64,000 nt of DNA from Nymphaea colorata (taxonomy: Eukaryota): the NCBI RefSeq assembly GCF_008831285.2, contig NC_045138.2, positions 23,312,001 to 23,376,000 on the forward strand, in the 5' to 3' direction. Both the position numbers and the translations under genes were made by a program. Positions 27,228-40,350 of the stretch are shown here, in pieces (the first letter of the stretch is position 1; each line of letters begins with the position of its first letter). The notes under the pieces were generated by a model that saw only the letters and a program-made list of their open reading frames with translations, ran no database searches and had not been told where the DNA came from.

Positions 27228-30200
27228 AAAGCCTTATTCATGTTGGCTTTGATAAACTCCGCTATTGCTTCCATTGCTATCGGTCTCAATGGTAAGATAG
27301 GTGATTTCTTCCAAATGCGACAAGGCTGAAGACACGGGATCCCCTCTCCCTCTACCTATTTAATTTTGCCATGTAGATCATTTTCCATGGTTATTCTTAT
27401 AGAGTGACCAATGGCTGCATCGAGCAGATATTCTCTCTCCTAGGGCTCTCAAGGTTTCAACATTGTGGCATGAGCAGCAGCTGGCCTCTCTAGGCCTCAG
27501 GCCCAGCAAGGGCTTCCGAGAATGGGGGAATCTGAAGGGAGAGGAGAGCCCGTGCTCTTGTGTGGTGTTGAAGATTATGCTTGCATGGGAGAGGATCTGC
27601 CATCACCTGCCAGTCCAAATACGGATAAGTCATGGGCTGCTATTGTGAATGGGGGGAGGCCTGCAGCAGAGATGAATATGCCGCCGTTGGAGCAAAAGGA
27701 GGTGGCCGGGAAGAGGCATTTGGTCATCTCACAACAATCCTATGAAGTTCTATGTCAGCCATTCAAGTTTAGTGCTGTAGCCACACTTGCAGGAGGGGTT
27801 GGGAAAGGGCGCTTGGATTATAACTTCATTTTCACAAGCCTCCGAAGTTTATGGCCTGGAGTTGCTGACCTAAGATTCACGTCCGTGGGGAACTGTATGT
27901 TCCTACTCCACACTTTTTCTGAAGCTGACCTTAAACTTATTTTGTCTCCTAGTCGATGGTATGTGGAAGAACGACTCCTTATTGCAAACCAGTGACACCC
28001 AGGTATACCAATGCGGATAGAGAGTTCCAGCCGAGTCCGCATTTGGATTAGGCTTCCTGAGCTTCCTATCGAATGGTGGAATCCACGGGTTTTCAATGAT
28101 ATTGCTGACCTAATCAGAGGTGCATTCATTGAAGCAGATGAGTACACAAGGCATCTCCAGAGGTTTGGCTTTGCCCATATTAAAATCGACATCCTGCTGG
28201 GTTTCTGCCCAATATCAGAGATTGAGCTGGAGGTTCAGGGGGAGGAAGTCTTTGTTCAATTTATTGAATATGAAACAAAGGTCAAGTATTGCCAAAAGTG
28301 TGGGTCTACAACCCACTTCGACGGCCCCTGCATATTGACAGAGGCATCTAAGGAAGGGGAGAAGGCCACTCCCAATGCTTGGCAACTAGTTAAAGTCCCT
28401 AAAAGAAAACCTCAACACAACAAGGTTAAAGAGGACCTACAGCTGAAGCAAAATAAATTTGAAGTCCTGTCGCAGCTTCTTGATGAGAAAGCATATGGGG
28501 AAAGTTCTTATGGCGAGAGACTAGTAGGTTGCCCTACTAGGAAGGGGCAAGGGATCTTCGAGTCAATGGACGCTAACAATGCACATGTCGGTAACAATCC
28601 AGTCGGTCACGGCACTCAGAATGGTAGAGCAGAGGTGTTGGCTTCCCATCCAGTCACTCTGTCACCTGAAACTAAAACAAGTAACCCTCCAAAATCTGCG
28701 CCTACCTCAGGGAATTACTCTAACTTGTTGGAAGTGAACAACAAGGTTCAGTCGGTAGAGAAGGCTAAGAAAAGTTCTCTCAAGCACAGGAAGGTAAACG
28801 AGACTAAAAAGCAAACTAGTCCTCCAAATATGAGTGTCCAACTGGAAAGGGCAGATAGGGGACAACAGGAAGATCAAGATATCTCAATGATGGGGGTTGA
28901 TCAGGGGTCTCAGGAGGGTTTCTCCTTAGATGACATGGAAACGAGCACTGATGACGGCTAGATTGTTTTACAGGCTTTAGTTGATGTCTAGGATGTTGAC
29001 CTCGCAAATCCCCGGCTTGCTAGCCGGGAAGGGAGGGAGCACGGCCAGCCCTGCTCATGAATTTCCTCGCATGGAATGTCTGCGGGCTGGCGGCTCTCCC
29101 AGTTCAACATGAGTTCTCATGAACTCTTCGGACCTTGAAAACCACTATTGCTTTCGCAATCGATACTAAGCTTAACTGGGAACAACTCCAGAAATTCCAA
29201 TTCAAGTTACCAAACAGACGGATAGTCAGTAACATTGAGGTCTCAGGACCTTGGGCTCGTATAATCATTGTGTAGGACCCATCTGAAGTGATGCTCCAAG
29301 ACTGGTATGCTCACTCTCATTGGATTGTCTTACAATTTCCAATATTTCATCTGGTCAAAGTTTTGTGGTTGTAGGGGTGTATTTGCATACTGGTTTTAGA
29401 ATTCGGAAGGACCAGTTCTTAAGTCTCTGCTCAGCCTTAAATCATTGCAATGCGCCAGTTATTTGTTTGGGGGACTTTAACGTTGTTTTAAAGAGAAACG
29501 AGAAAACAGGTAGGGCACCGGCTCTTCAAGCATGTCTTGCTCTTTCTAATTTTGTACAACAGTCAGCGCTACATGAAGTTTCTTGCCCTGACATGAAGTT
29601 CACCTGGACCAATAACTGTGTAGGCCATGACAATGTCATGTCCAAGATTGACAGATGCTATGTCTCTAAAGAATGGGTGGATGATCCAGACATCTCGCTG
29701 CACCTAGAGTTGGTCCCGAGAACCATCTCTGACCATAATCCTATTTTGCTTTGTATTTCTAAGCGCAGGTTTAGAACTTGGGGTCGTTCCCCATTTCGGC
29801 ATTTTCAGTATTGGCAGGACATGGTAGGTTACAGTGACCAAGTTCTTTCAGCTTGGGCGGTGGATGCAAGGGGGTGGATGCAAGGGGCTGCGCTATGATT
29901 AAACTCATCCTCAAATTTGAGGCTACCATGGATAAGCTGAAAGTTTGGTGTAAAGGTGGAGCCAGTGACCTTCCTCACCAAATAATAGATATCAAGAGGA
30001 AAATCAAACACCTCCAAGTCCTTAGTGAGAGTGGCCAGCTTGATGCGATAGACGATGAATGCACTCGTAAACATGATCTCTCCAGGCTATTGTGGTTAGA
30101 AAAATGTATGTGGCGCCAAAAATCCAGAATCAAATGGATGAAGGATGGCGATCTCAACACCAAATTCTTTTAGGGGATTGCTAATGGGAGGAGGAGGCGG

Positions 30201-33200
30201 AATAAAATTGAAACCATATCCCATGAGGGTCAGCTCTTAACCGAAACTCCGGAGATTTTTACAACTTGCACAGACTACTTTGCCGATCTTCTAGGGACTA
30301 CTGAAGGCTCAGGGTGCTTACCTCATACACTCGCTTGGGGTCCGACTGTGTCGCCGGAGGAGAATGCCAATCTTTTGAAACCTGTTACAGAATCTGAAAT
30401 CGCCTGGGCAGTCATGGAGGCGGATAGGGAGTCCGCACCTGGTCTAAATGGGTTTGGCAATAGCTTCTTTCAGAGCAATTGGCTTATTGTGCGCGAGGCT
30501 GTTACAGGGGCTATTCGTAGTTTTTTTTACTCCAACAGATTGGTTAAATTGTTAATAAGACATATATCACTCTTCTGCCCAAGGAGACAGGTGCGACTCA
30601 GGTGGAGAAGCTTCGGCCCATCTCTCTTTGTAACAGCACGCTGAAATTTATCACGACGATTATCGTTATGCAGCCTATCCAAAATAGGATCATTTCCAAG
30701 AATCCAAATGTTTTTCTCTCGGGAAGATGCATTCAGGACAGCTTTCTACTCAGCCAAGAAATAGTCCACATTCTTCAAAACAGTAAGAATAAAGCAGCAT
30801 GTATTAAAATTGATTTAAGTAAGGCCTACGACAAAGTCAATTGGGATTTCTTGAAGGCCACCCTTCGCCACCTTGGTTTCTATGAGCTGTGGGTCCAAAA
30901 AATTATGACTCTCGTCACCACGGTTAGATCGACACTTCTCATTAATTGTAAAGAAGGAATGTGGTTTGATAACAAGAGAGGCCTTAGGCAGGGGACCCGT
31001 TGTCCCCATATCTATTTATTTCTGTTATGGAAATGCTCACTCGCAACGTTCAAGCGTATATCAACAGCAAAAAAATTAGAATCTCATCCATGTGGGCTGG
31101 TACCACTTCTCCCTTCTCCACGCTTTATGTCGACGACATCATGTTCTTCATTGAAGGAAGGCGGAAGAGCCTGCGTACTCTGAAAATGTGCCTGGACGAA
31201 TTTTTCTCATGGTCAGGCTTAGCCATGAACATTGCCAAAAGTCTCATTTTCTCTTTTAACATGGACAGTCGTGAGCTTACTTGGATTGAGCAGGAAATGG
31301 GTTGGTGTCAAGGTAAGCTCCCATCTATGTATCTTTGCATTCCCCTTCAGACGAACAATGTAGGCACCTAATCCTTCGGTCTTCCCAGAAACTACCACTT
31401 TGGAAGGAGAAATACCTCTCTGCTGCAGGCCGACTTAGCTTAATCAAGCATGCTCTTTCGCTACCAACCTACTGGAGCTTGGTGGTTAAACTCCCTGATA
31501 CCACTTGCAATCAATTGAATAAAATGGCAGTTGAGTCTTTATGGGGTGATATGGCTGAACGTAAAAGCATCCACCGCATCAAATGGTCCACCTTATGCCT
31601 CCCTCTTCTAGAGGGAGGTGTTGGTCTCAGAGATATCAAAGAAACTAATCTGGCCAACATGGCCTATTTAGTTTACCAAGCCTATTTAGTTTACCAAGCA
31701 TCTCACCAGGCTTCTCCTTGAGCAGCCTTGATTAAAGGTCGGTATTGCGAGTGGAAAGGGCTGCTCTACAGCAGTATTAGGGGAAAAAGGGTGTCCCACA
31801 TATGGTGTAGGGCATTGCAGTCCTGGCGTAAGGTTAATGAGAATGTCGGCTGAAAGATCGGCAATGGCACTTTAGCAAAGTTTTGGACTGACCATTGGAG
31901 CGCCGATCGGCTAATGGACAAGATTCCCACTTCTCATCTCCATCTAATTCATGATACTATCACCTGCTCGGTTAAAGACCTCTTAGAGGAGAATGGGGAG
32001 CCCTTAATGGTCTTCCTGGCCAAACTTAACATTCACTTCACTTGTCCTCCTCTTTAGGCTGATCAGTCGGATGTTATGGTCTGGAGGAATGGCGACAATG
32101 GTGAGCTCAACCAGCATGAAATTTGGCAAAGGATTCGGAAGAAAGGCCATCAGAATAAGGACTATAAGCTAGTTTGGCAAGGGAGACGGCTTCCAAGGGC
32201 CTCTTGGACTGTTTACTTAGGTGTCTCAGGGCGTCTTCCTACGGATGCGTTAGTGCAACAGTAGGGATGTTCTCTTGCATCTCGGTGCTATGATTGTAAG
32301 CAGGTGACTCAAGACATCAAACACCTCTTCTTCGACTGCAAGGGAGCTCGGTCTCTTTGGTCTTCTATTTATGGTAAATTCGGGAGGGCTACTCCATGGT
32401 GTAGGAGTCCTCCAAACCTTATGCAAGGACTTAGTTGCTGGCATAAGAAAGGTTTCAAAGACAAGTCGCTTGACAAATGCTGGAAAGATAGCTTTCATAT
32501 GGCGATCTGGTTCATCTGGAAGACTAGGAATCAATTTAAGCATAAAGGGCAGATCCCAACTAGTAAATTAATAAACCAGTTTTGGTCACACTCAAGCATG
32601 TATTGGTGGAATTCTCAGTGGAATGAACCGCAAAAAACGAAAATTCGTAATTGGCTTCGCTTGGGGATCCTTTGGAGTGATGGAGTTAGCTTTGAGGATA
32701 AGTGGGTTGAAATCAACATCACCTCTTGGTACAAGAGGGGCAAAAAAGGAGTGGCGGGCATCATCAGAGACATCGTAGGTCAGTTCCGGTTTGGTGTTGC
32801 GTGCTGGTTTGAGGCCAATTCTGGGTGGCCAGAGACGGAGATTCTCAGCGAATGCTTCGGGCACCTGGCGAACATTGCAGACAACCTGGGGCGTATCTAC
32901 CTTCTTGCCAATGATGGCGATTGGAAGCAGCATCTTCTCAATCACATAACTTACAATCTGTAAGAGATGGCCTCTAGCTGAAGGTTCAAATTTTTTTACG
33001 ATCATTCCAGATAATGGTTTGTATACAAAATGGAATCCTCAGGGTAAAACCATGTGAGATCCCTTCAAAGATAGCGTTACGCTGAGTTGAGGTCCTGTGT
33101 GGACCCATTTTTTGTCTGTACATAATACCTCATTTTGTTGCAATAAAAGGATGGGGGCCTAACCCCCAAGCAGCCATTGTCCGGAACCAATGGCTGAGAG

Positions 33201-34403
33201 GGTGGGACGCTCCTCCTTTTTTCTTGCCTTTGCAGAGGACGTCATACTATTCAGTAAGGCTGACACTCAATCATTGAGCTTGATCAAAGCCCTCCTTGCC
33301 CACATCCAAGACTACCCGGGCCTGTCGATCAACAGCTAAAAACAGTAGCGATTCCCTTCAACATGGAAAATGCGCAAGCTAGCCGGGTATCTTCCTTTCT
33401 TAGATGGGACCTACAACAGTAACCCATCAGGTACTTGGGATTACCCTTGTTTGCTGGGAACATGTCACTAGAACACTGTAGAGACCTCCTTCAGAAAGTC
33501 GACAAGAGGCTAGCAGCTTGGAGGATTTCTCTCCTGTCTTACGGTGGAAGATTATGTTTGTTGAAACATGTCCTCGGGCAGGTTATGGGTTTCTGGGCCT
33601 CTTGCTTTAAACTTCCAACTGTGTTGGTTAGCAAGCTGAATATCTCCATGGCTAACTTCCTTTGGGGTTGGACAGGCAACAAGCCTAAATGCCACCTTAT
33701 CTCTTGGAGAGTCCTGTGTCAACCTATCCAAGAAGGGGGAGTTGGTATTTTTAGCCTCATTGATAGATGCAAGACTTTGCTAGCTACTTGGGACTTTGTA
33801 TCTACAAGCAACCACACGGAGACTTTGATTTGGAGCATCAGAAGTACTTCAAAACTCAGAGCATTTGGTTTATAAAATATTCTGGTGACAAGTCGGGTTC
33901 TTGAAAGGTGTTCTCTGGGGCATTAAAGATATCATTCCATATACCAGTTGGAGGGTAGGGAAGGGTAAGATGAAGATCTGGAAGGACAATTGGTCTGGAG
34001 TTTGTCTTCATAGCAAGGTCACCAGCGACGTCCTGCGTGACCTCCACGGCAGTGGGCTAGGGAGACGGGAAAAAAATTTCCTTTCAGTTCAAGATGGTGT
34101 CTTAGAAGAACAGAAACTAAATCAAATCCTTGAAGTTTTTGCTTCTAAATTCAAGGGAAAAATTCTGATTGTGGCCTCACATGGCCGATGGAAATCCAAC
34201 ATTAAGGCTGGTCTGGAAGGCAGAGGCCGCCTAAGAGACGACTTGCTGTGGATCAAACACTTCGCTGCCAAGATCAGCTTGTCTTCCCATCTGCCTGCGT
34301 GGGATGTTGTTAATGGTTTAAGGGTGGTCGGTTGAAGCCTTTTGCAGGTGCGAGTAGAGGTTTTGTGCTCCCCTATTCGTTTTGGTATGTTTTGTTTATT
34401 CGA
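27228..34403 (+). mobile_element. 5'-truncated L1-type LINE (LINE-A), split into 27228-27417 and 33186-34403
   Basis: RT 'G*RHGDPLSLYLF' before the break, 'LAFAEDVILF' and 'GLPLFAG...LSYGGRLCLLKHVL' after it. 16-bp TSD AAGAGCATTGGATGTA (27212-27227) / AAGAGCATTAGATATA (34404-34419). Confidence 0.85.
27418..33185 (+). mobile_element. Near full-length L1-type LINE (LINE-B) with disabled ORF1 (27522-28961) and ORF2 (from 29057; EN-RT-zinc finger-RNase H)
   Basis: ORF1 has DUF4283-like 'IWIRLPELPIEWW' and a CCHC knuckle (CQKCGSTTHFDGPC). ORF2 has 'MNFLAWNVCGL', 'LGDFN', 'SDHNPI', 'KIDLSKAYDKVNW', 'YVDD' and 'GVAGIIRD'. Exact 11-bp TSD ACCAATGGCTG (27407-27417 / 33186-33196). Confidence 0.93.
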
Positions 34404-35412
34404 AAGAGCATTAGATATATGATATTTATTTAAAATCAAATCAGTTCTGAGTTCAATCAGATGTTTATGTATATCTGAATCCCAAGTAAGAGCGGATGCC
34501 ATTTCTTAAATCTGAAACTAATCTGATTTCTCAATTGAAAGAAAATGGTTTGGTAGGATATCCAATCCAAATAAGATATACTGACATCTCTATGTTTATC
34601 GATGCCTTTTCAATATATGCTTGGTTACATTTCCTTCAGAATAAGTTTTATTTGATTCATGTTATTTGATCCATGCTTTCAAAGTATTCAAGTTGCATGT
34701 TGGGAATGTTGTTATGCATAAAATCAAACTCCTCCACTCCGATTGGGGAGGAGAATTTCAGGCACTAACCACTTTTTTTTATAGGCAAGAGCTCATAAGC
34801 AAGCTCAACCTGAAGTGATACACGGAGCTTGCACGCTGGCTATTGGAGGAGGCCGAAAACATCGTACGTCAACCTTCAATCACGTTAGTTGAAACAGAAA
34901 TGCATGGTGAAGGCTAATCGGGAAATGGAAAGCCGATAAACATTGCCAAAAGAGATATTCTCTAGCCAAGAAACAAGGACCGATAAGACGAGAGAGAGCG
35001 TGCTTGGAAGGGTCTGCAAAACAATAAAAATTCTCAAGTGATAAAACCAAATGTAACGGGCCTATGGCGTATGGGCATTCATGATGTATAAAGAACCATC
35101 TAATAAATTCCTCTCCTCTTGATTAAGCATGAGATCTTGATGAGAGGTTTAATAGCTGAACCATGCTTCAACTTTCTTCGTTGCTACAATTTCAGAAGGC
35201 TCCTGTATCCATCAAAATTTAGTTGACTGTCCTTGCTACCTAGACTTGAAATATCACAAGCTTTTGAACTTTGGCCTCCATAGTGCATAAAACTGGAACG
35301 AACTAAACTACTTGCGCATGAAAAAAAAATCCCCTTTGTTCTTCACGAGATCAACAGCCTCAATTTTTTGTGCAGCATCAAGTGTAGTTGGTATAAATAT
35401 ACATATGACTAA

Positions 35413-35796
35413 TAGGGCTGCGCAACAAGTTGAGCCAACTCAGGCTGGACTTGAACTCACTAAAAAAAACTCAACTCTAACTCGACTCATTTATAAATGA
35501 GTTGGGCTCGAGTTTAAATTTATACTCAAAATGTTAAATGAGTCGAGTTTGAATTGTAAGAACTCGACTGGTTTAAACAAGCCTATGCTCGACTACATAA
35601 AACTGGTTCATCATAGTTGAATTAATGTTAGTTAAACAAGTTGACGAGCTAAACAAGTTTTAAAAAATGAGGCAGGTTGACATAAATGAGTTAAGTGAGT
35701 CGAGCTTGACCTTGTTCTATGAATTTCGAGCTGAGTTTGAGTTCAAGCTTTTTAAGAAATCCAGCTCGAGCTCCATTTGGCTCGTATGCAGGCCCA
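35413..35796. mobile_element. hAT-type MITE (TAGGGCTG termini, GAGCTCGAG-rich)
   Basis: Starts TAGGGCTGCGCAAC and ends TATGCAGGCCCA, with repeated CTCGAG/AACTC motifs. No clean TSD. Confidence 0.65.
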
Positions 35797-36626
35797 TCAA
35801 GACTACCCTGTAGGAGACCTTCACATCCTGGTTGAAGTACTCGAGAAGGGAACTTGCTTCCTTTATGCAGTACCCACTGTCCGATGACCAGGTGAAAGCC
35901 ACCATTCAGAACACCAGGGTGTGTCTCGTCAGGGTGCTATTCATGTCTTAAGTCGAGTAATTGAACCTGTTACTTTCTGCATACAGTAACAGCTAACAAG
36001 TACAATATTGTGTTTTACCTGGATTTGCACCAATTTACAGATAATTTGGAACTTGTGTATGATAAATCATGCACAAGCCTTTTCAAGTTTCAGATAGAAT
36101 TAAACATAAGCAGATATTAGAACCCCTGAAGTTCGCCGAAAAAGAAAATTCTCATTGCATCACTGTTCGCTTATACAGGAGGCTTCACTTAACTTTTTCA
36201 GGACCCTACTACCTATCGTGGAGTAACTTAATCTTGAAATTTGCAGCAACCATGGACTAAAATTATGACATCCTATTGCTTGGAACATGATACGCTTATC
36301 AAATGATGGTACCTTATCTAACCCATATAGAACAATATATGACAATTTAAACTCATAAGGGAGTGCACCATATTCTATTATAATACATGAGCATGAGCAT
36401 GACCATGCACATGCACATGCACAGCAAGAAGCAAATACGCACTATTGAAAGGCTTTTGACTGCAGACAGAACCGTTTTCAACACTGAAACGCAAGTGAAC
36501 CCTTAAAAGTTTTCATATACCAAAACCCAATTTAAAATTGCACAAAGATAAGAAATTAGCTGCAAATACACATAATATAATGCATCCACATGAACCATCA
36601 GATCAAGGTTCCAGCCTAAGCCCACC

Positions 36627-37241
36627 TTACAAATCATACACTTGCTTGCCTGTGAACTTCACCTCAATTGGGCTCACGTTCTTCCCGATGGACCTGAAGT
36701 TCTGGCCCACTCCTTCGCGGCCTGGGTTCACCTTCTCAGGGTAAACACCATCCTTGGGATGAAGGTACTGCACCTCCCCATTAGGAAAGACCCTGTAAAA
36801 TTGGTAGTTGATCTTGTACTTGGACCTCAGCCTGGTGCCCAAGGCCAAGCACTGCTCCTTCCTCGCAAGCTTCAACAGGTTAGGCCCCTGCCTCATGATG
36901 GCCGCACCCCCTGTGGGCATCTCAAAGATCTGCTCCTTTGGTGAGTCCCATGTAATGACATAGAACTCCTCCACCTGCGCCTTGCGCAGCAGCCCTCCCG
37001 TGCTCCCTCCAAAGATGGGGGAAGGAGTGTTGGGGTCCAATTCCGGCGGTGTGAAGCCGACTGGAGCTTCCTCCACGGCAGCTTTGATCACGAGGCGGGA
37101 TGGAGCGGCAGGGGTCTGCAATTTGCGGCCGGAGAAGGATGAAGCAGAGAGCTTGCTTGGGAGCAGGGTGCGGACTGCATTGCTGGAGTTCGATGCCGTG
37201 ATGGCAGGGGTGAAGAGGGAAGCGTGGGTTGCCATGGCCAT
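36627..37241 (-). CDS. psaD: Photosystem I reaction centre subunit II (PsaD), chloroplast precursor, 204 aa, intronless
   Basis: [10 protein letters not shown] transit peptide followed by the conserved '[26 protein letters not shown]...[19 protein letters not shown]...KQVYDL'. Confidence 0.98.
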   Translation of the reverse strand: MAMATHASLFTPAITASNSSNAVRTLLPSKLSASSFSGRKLQTPAAPSRLVIKAAVEEAPVGFTPPELDPNTPSPIFGGSTGGLLRKAQVEEFYVITWDSPKEQIFEMPTGGAAIMRQGPNLLKLARKEQCLALGTRLRSKYKINYQFYRVFPNGEVQYLHPKDGVYPEKVNPGREGVGQNFRSIGKNVSPIEVKFTGKQVYDL

Positions 37242-37364
37242 GAAATGCTGCGGTGGTGCGCTGCTGCTGGTAGAGGGCGGAATATGAGTTGGGGAGGGGA
37301 AGGAGAAGAAGGAGAAGGTGTGGAGTCTGTGGTGGCTCAAGTGGGCAGAGGCTAAAGGTGGTGA

Positions 37365-37400
37365 TGTGGATAAGGTGATCGAGTGAAGGGCCAATCAGAT
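37365..37400. promoter_or_regulatory. I-box (GATAAG) and CCAAT motifs upstream of psaD
   Basis: GGATAAGG at ~37368-37375 and GGCCAATC at ~37389-37396. I-boxes are typical of light-regulated photosynthesis genes. Confidence 0.45.
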
Positions 37401-37638
37401 GACTCCTTTCACGCCCAACCACTTCTAGTGTTATCCCTTGGGTGTTTTTAGAATCTTTATCATGGCCCAGATCAAAAGTTGGTTTCTTTAGTCTGATTTT
37501 GTTGCCAGCTCTTTCAAGAGGACCGAGAATTTTGGTTACAGCGATGACATTTAGGACAAGTTCTCAAACATGGCAACCTTTTGTGGGTAAATTTTTTTCC
37601 CATTTACAGTGCAGACCTACCACATACGAATACAATAT

Positions 37639-38044
37639 TCGGGACGTCAATACATGTGATTCAAATTGGATGTACTTTTTAGTCATATCTGCTTTTGTGG
37701 ATGTTCATATTTAGGAATTTAGTGATGAATGAAGAAAATTCATATCTGAATTCGAACCGAAATTTCGATTTCACAATCTGAATTCTCATATGAATCCAAA
37801 TCTCAATTTTAAACCGAATCTAGTTGACATTCAAAAGATAAGGGCATTAGATGTATGATATTTATTTAAAACAAATCTGACCTGAATTCGCTTGGATGTT
37901 TACGTATGTTTGGATCTGAATTCGAATCTTAATCTGATGGGATATCATTTCCTAAATCTGAACCAACCCAGTTTTTTAATTAGCTATTAAATTTTTTCAA
38001 TATCCAAAGATGTCTGATTCAAATCGAACATACTAACATCCCTA
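37639..38044. mobile_element. hAT-type MITE, same family as 27002-34592
   Basis: Termini TCGGGACGTCAA / AACATCCCTA. Shared internal sequence GGCATTAGATGTATGATATTTATTTAAAA. Confidence 0.7.
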
Positions 38045-40350
38045 ATGGGAAAAAAAAATGATGCCTAAAGATCGGATCGGTTCTAACCAAGCAAATACGA
38101 TATCTGGCTTCCATTGGACCTTCCCAGCTAAAGTATAGCTTCTTTTGTTGTCCTGTTCAGATCTCAGTTTTAAATTGTTTGATTAAGTTTGCATGGGAAA
38201 TGGGAAGATTGGCATTGTATTGGCGTAGGTCCTAGAGCAATGATAAGCAAAGTTTATATGGATCAAAAGCCGTGGGATTCAAATAAGATGTGCCAAAAGA
38301 TGGTTGGGACGTTAAATTTTGTGAGTCCTTTTTCTGTACCATTACTATTATCAGGAACAAACGAATACTGGAGTCTATCATAACCCTTTATGCAGCTATT
38401 CCAAATTGGTTCTTAAGATCAAATTTGCTGGTACAAACCTGTCCGTAAGAAATTAACAAATCGAATGCTAGGAATCAGATATCTTAGATGAAGGAAATAA
38501 TTTTTTTCTGTAGCATTAAGTCGACACAAAAAGCAAAGGAATCACATGAACATCTTGAAAAGGGCTTTTGACGACCTTGAATATTATTTTAGAATTAAAA
38601 TTATAGAAAAAAAGTTTCAGCTCAAACTGGAATTGGAATGAAAATTTAGTTGTAGTTCCCTTTGTTTGATAGTTTGGAATGGCATGCGCCCTAAAAAGAG
38701 ATGAAAAAAATCTAAAATTCTAAAGTAATAATTCCACCCCCTTTGGTAGAATCACAGTTCCGGAATTTTGATTCAAGAATAAGCATATAAATCTGGAATC
38801 AAAATTTTTTGTTTGATAATGCAATTAATATTTAATCAAAAATTAGAATTTAAATTTTAGAATTCCACAATTCTGGCCTCATCAAACACCCCCTAAAGGT
38901 AGGTAAAAACAAACAAAGATGCAAGTTAATATTTAGAATGGTGAACCATCATACATTATCAACATGAACATTATAACTAGCCTAAGCCCGACCCATCACG
39001 GGCCGGGCCTGATACCCAACTGTCCATTGTTAATCGGACCTGTTGCCCACCCTTGAAGATTACCATTTTTTGGAACTGTTTTTCAGACTAGATTAGATGT
39101 ATTCTGTAAATAAGCAAAACTATTGCAGTTATTTTAATTACCAAATATTTCATATGGCCACATGAGTATTCTTCGGTCAGCTATGGCAGTAGGCTACTAG
39201 CCCCACAAAGGAGCCACAACACGAGGTCCCGTGTTTGAGTGAGTAACCAAAAAACAGACAAATCGTATGCCTGTGTCGATCGTAGTGTTGGATTCTCGGG
39301 CATTAGTGTAAGGTTTTTTGTCCAAACAAGGACGTGAGATCTCTAGTGAATGTCTTCGTTTGAGCATTTTAGCAACAAAGTCAATTCTGGAAATTAGGTC
39401 CCTTAAGATGTTAAGATTATAATAAATGAAGGTTTTTGCTCGCCCATGGTTAGAAGTTTAAAGTTAACAAACAAAGTCACCTAAATGTCAGATTATAGTA
39501 CATGGTTTTTCATTAAAACTGCCACCCATGCTTACCCATTTCTTTTGGGAATTAGATGAGATGAAGGATTTAGTTTAATGTGTGGTTTGAAAGATTTATC
39601 ACTGATATTTGTTAGGGGACATGGTCTAATTTTCTGTACAACAAAATACTTTAAAAGTATACGAGAATTCAGCCTTAAAGATTTGGCATAGCTGGTAAGA
39701 CTGATAGATGGCCAATCCTTCAAAACGGGACAGCAAAAGCATATAGAAAGTAGAAGACGTCTTTATATCCATTCACAAAATAAGACTGCACCAATTGACA
39801 AATGAAACAGTTTATAAGGGTTTCAAATGAAACAGTTTATAATTTTAATAAATCAAACTCAAAAGTCGATAAAATACTTTTTAAAATGTTTCATAAATCT
39901 ACCATAATATTTAAACTATATTCATGAAACAATGAAACAATAAAATATCGTTTACCAACAAACCCTAAAGTATCCATTCTGGCTTTTCATCCAAAAATGA
40001 ATTATTAGAATTATAGCTGAACCTCTACATGTCGAATTAATTTTATAGAATGAGTTTATTTAACTGTCTTATATTTATCGGCTCAAAAAATTCAATCTAC
40101 TTTTCACATTTTTAGGACTTCATTTTTCAGTCTTGGCTTTCGCGGTGTTCATCCATCCAAATTTCCAAGCGAATGAAAGATTCAAATAGAAACAAACCCA
40201 CACGGTTGAGAAAGACAATTGATTTGAGGATATTATAGAAAACAAATAATCATCACCACTTTACATTAATATTAGTTTCACCTAATGATAGCGTTTTCAG
40301 AGACGCACATGTGATGGAACCTTGCGCTGTAGGCACAGGAAAATTGCATA

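Larger units (their letters stand above)
27002..34592. mobile_element. hAT-type MITE split into two halves (27002-27227 and 34404-34592) by LINE insertions
   Basis: Termini TAAGGATATCAA / GACATCTCTA, 8-bp TSD TGTTTATT / TGTTTATC. An uninterrupted relative lies at 37639-38044. Confidence 0.8.
26400..34790 (+). mobile_element. Second old Copia fragment (protease to integrase), host of the nested MITE and LINEs
   Basis: 'WYLDLVATHY' protease motif at ~26430. Integrase resumes after 34592 with 'FIDAFSIYAWLHFLQNK' and 'LHSDWGGEFQAL'. Confidence 0.7.

Noticed and set aside
34790..35330. Possible exon or miRNA precursor
   Set aside because: No sustained ORF, recognisable mature miRNA or convincing hairpin seen.
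37242..37394. 51-codon N-terminal extension of PsaD in the ORF track
   Set aside because: Begins at a non-ATG codon in the pyrimidine-rich leader; MAMAT is the typical PsaD start.
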